A DNA stretch of 64,000 nt from a virus (lineage: Duplodnaviria > Caudoviricetes). The stretch covers positions 1 through 64,000 of IMG/VR virus record IMGVR_UViG_3300037067_027602, one strand, 5' to 3'. The notes beneath the pieces are model-generated. The model saw only the letters and a program-made list of their open reading frames with translations, did not search any database and had not been told where the DNA came from. Below, in pieces: positions 63,996 through 64,000 of this stretch; position 1 is the stretch's first letter; every line of letters begins with the position of its first letter. Position numbers and translations under genes: made by a program.

Positions 63996-64000
63996 GGACA

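Noticed and set aside
1-64000. CRISPR array, tRNA or rRNA genes
   Set aside because: No regularly spaced direct repeats or cloverleaf motifs seen by eye; intergenic space is very limited.
1-64000. Alternative genetic code (stop-codon reassignment)
   Set aside because: Conserved genes are full length under the standard code and end in TAA, TAG or TGA with tight overlaps.

Overview
This window looks like a 64 kb segment of a large, GC-rich dsDNA (jumbo-type) bacteriophage, probably of an anaerobic host (NrdD/NrdG). From left to right it holds: small accessory genes (NADAR, RNase HI, secreted NucA-type nuclease, DHH phosphoesterase, C5 methylase); nucleotide metabolism genes (dUTPase-like, dATP/dGTP diphosphohydrolase, intein-containing ThyX-like, NrdD/NrdG); replication and recombination genes (Rad52-like annealase, SF2 helicase, DnaE split into two genes, RecB-like nuclease, RuvC-like resolvase, primase in frame with SSB, DnaB, RecA); a glycosyltransferase/methyltransferase/radical-SAM cluster; and large Ser-Gly-rich, probably virion, proteins. 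Selfish elements are dense: three TnpB-only IS200/IS605 elements, one complete IS607, one degenerate TnpB cassette and two inteins. The most unusual observations are: (1) a TnpB cassette with no recognisable left end or transposase that carries an AT-rich recoded replacement for the 3' end of the gene it sits in, with the original 3' end left in the guide position, as expected of an RNA-guided homing element; (2) a promoter/terminator-bounded ~90 nt RNA with a perfect 17 nt antisense match to a ribosome-binding leader motif shared by many phage genes; (3) a palindromic, bidirectional consensus promoter in one IS; (4) an in-frame primase-SSB fusion. All calls come from reading motifs by eye; no database search was run.
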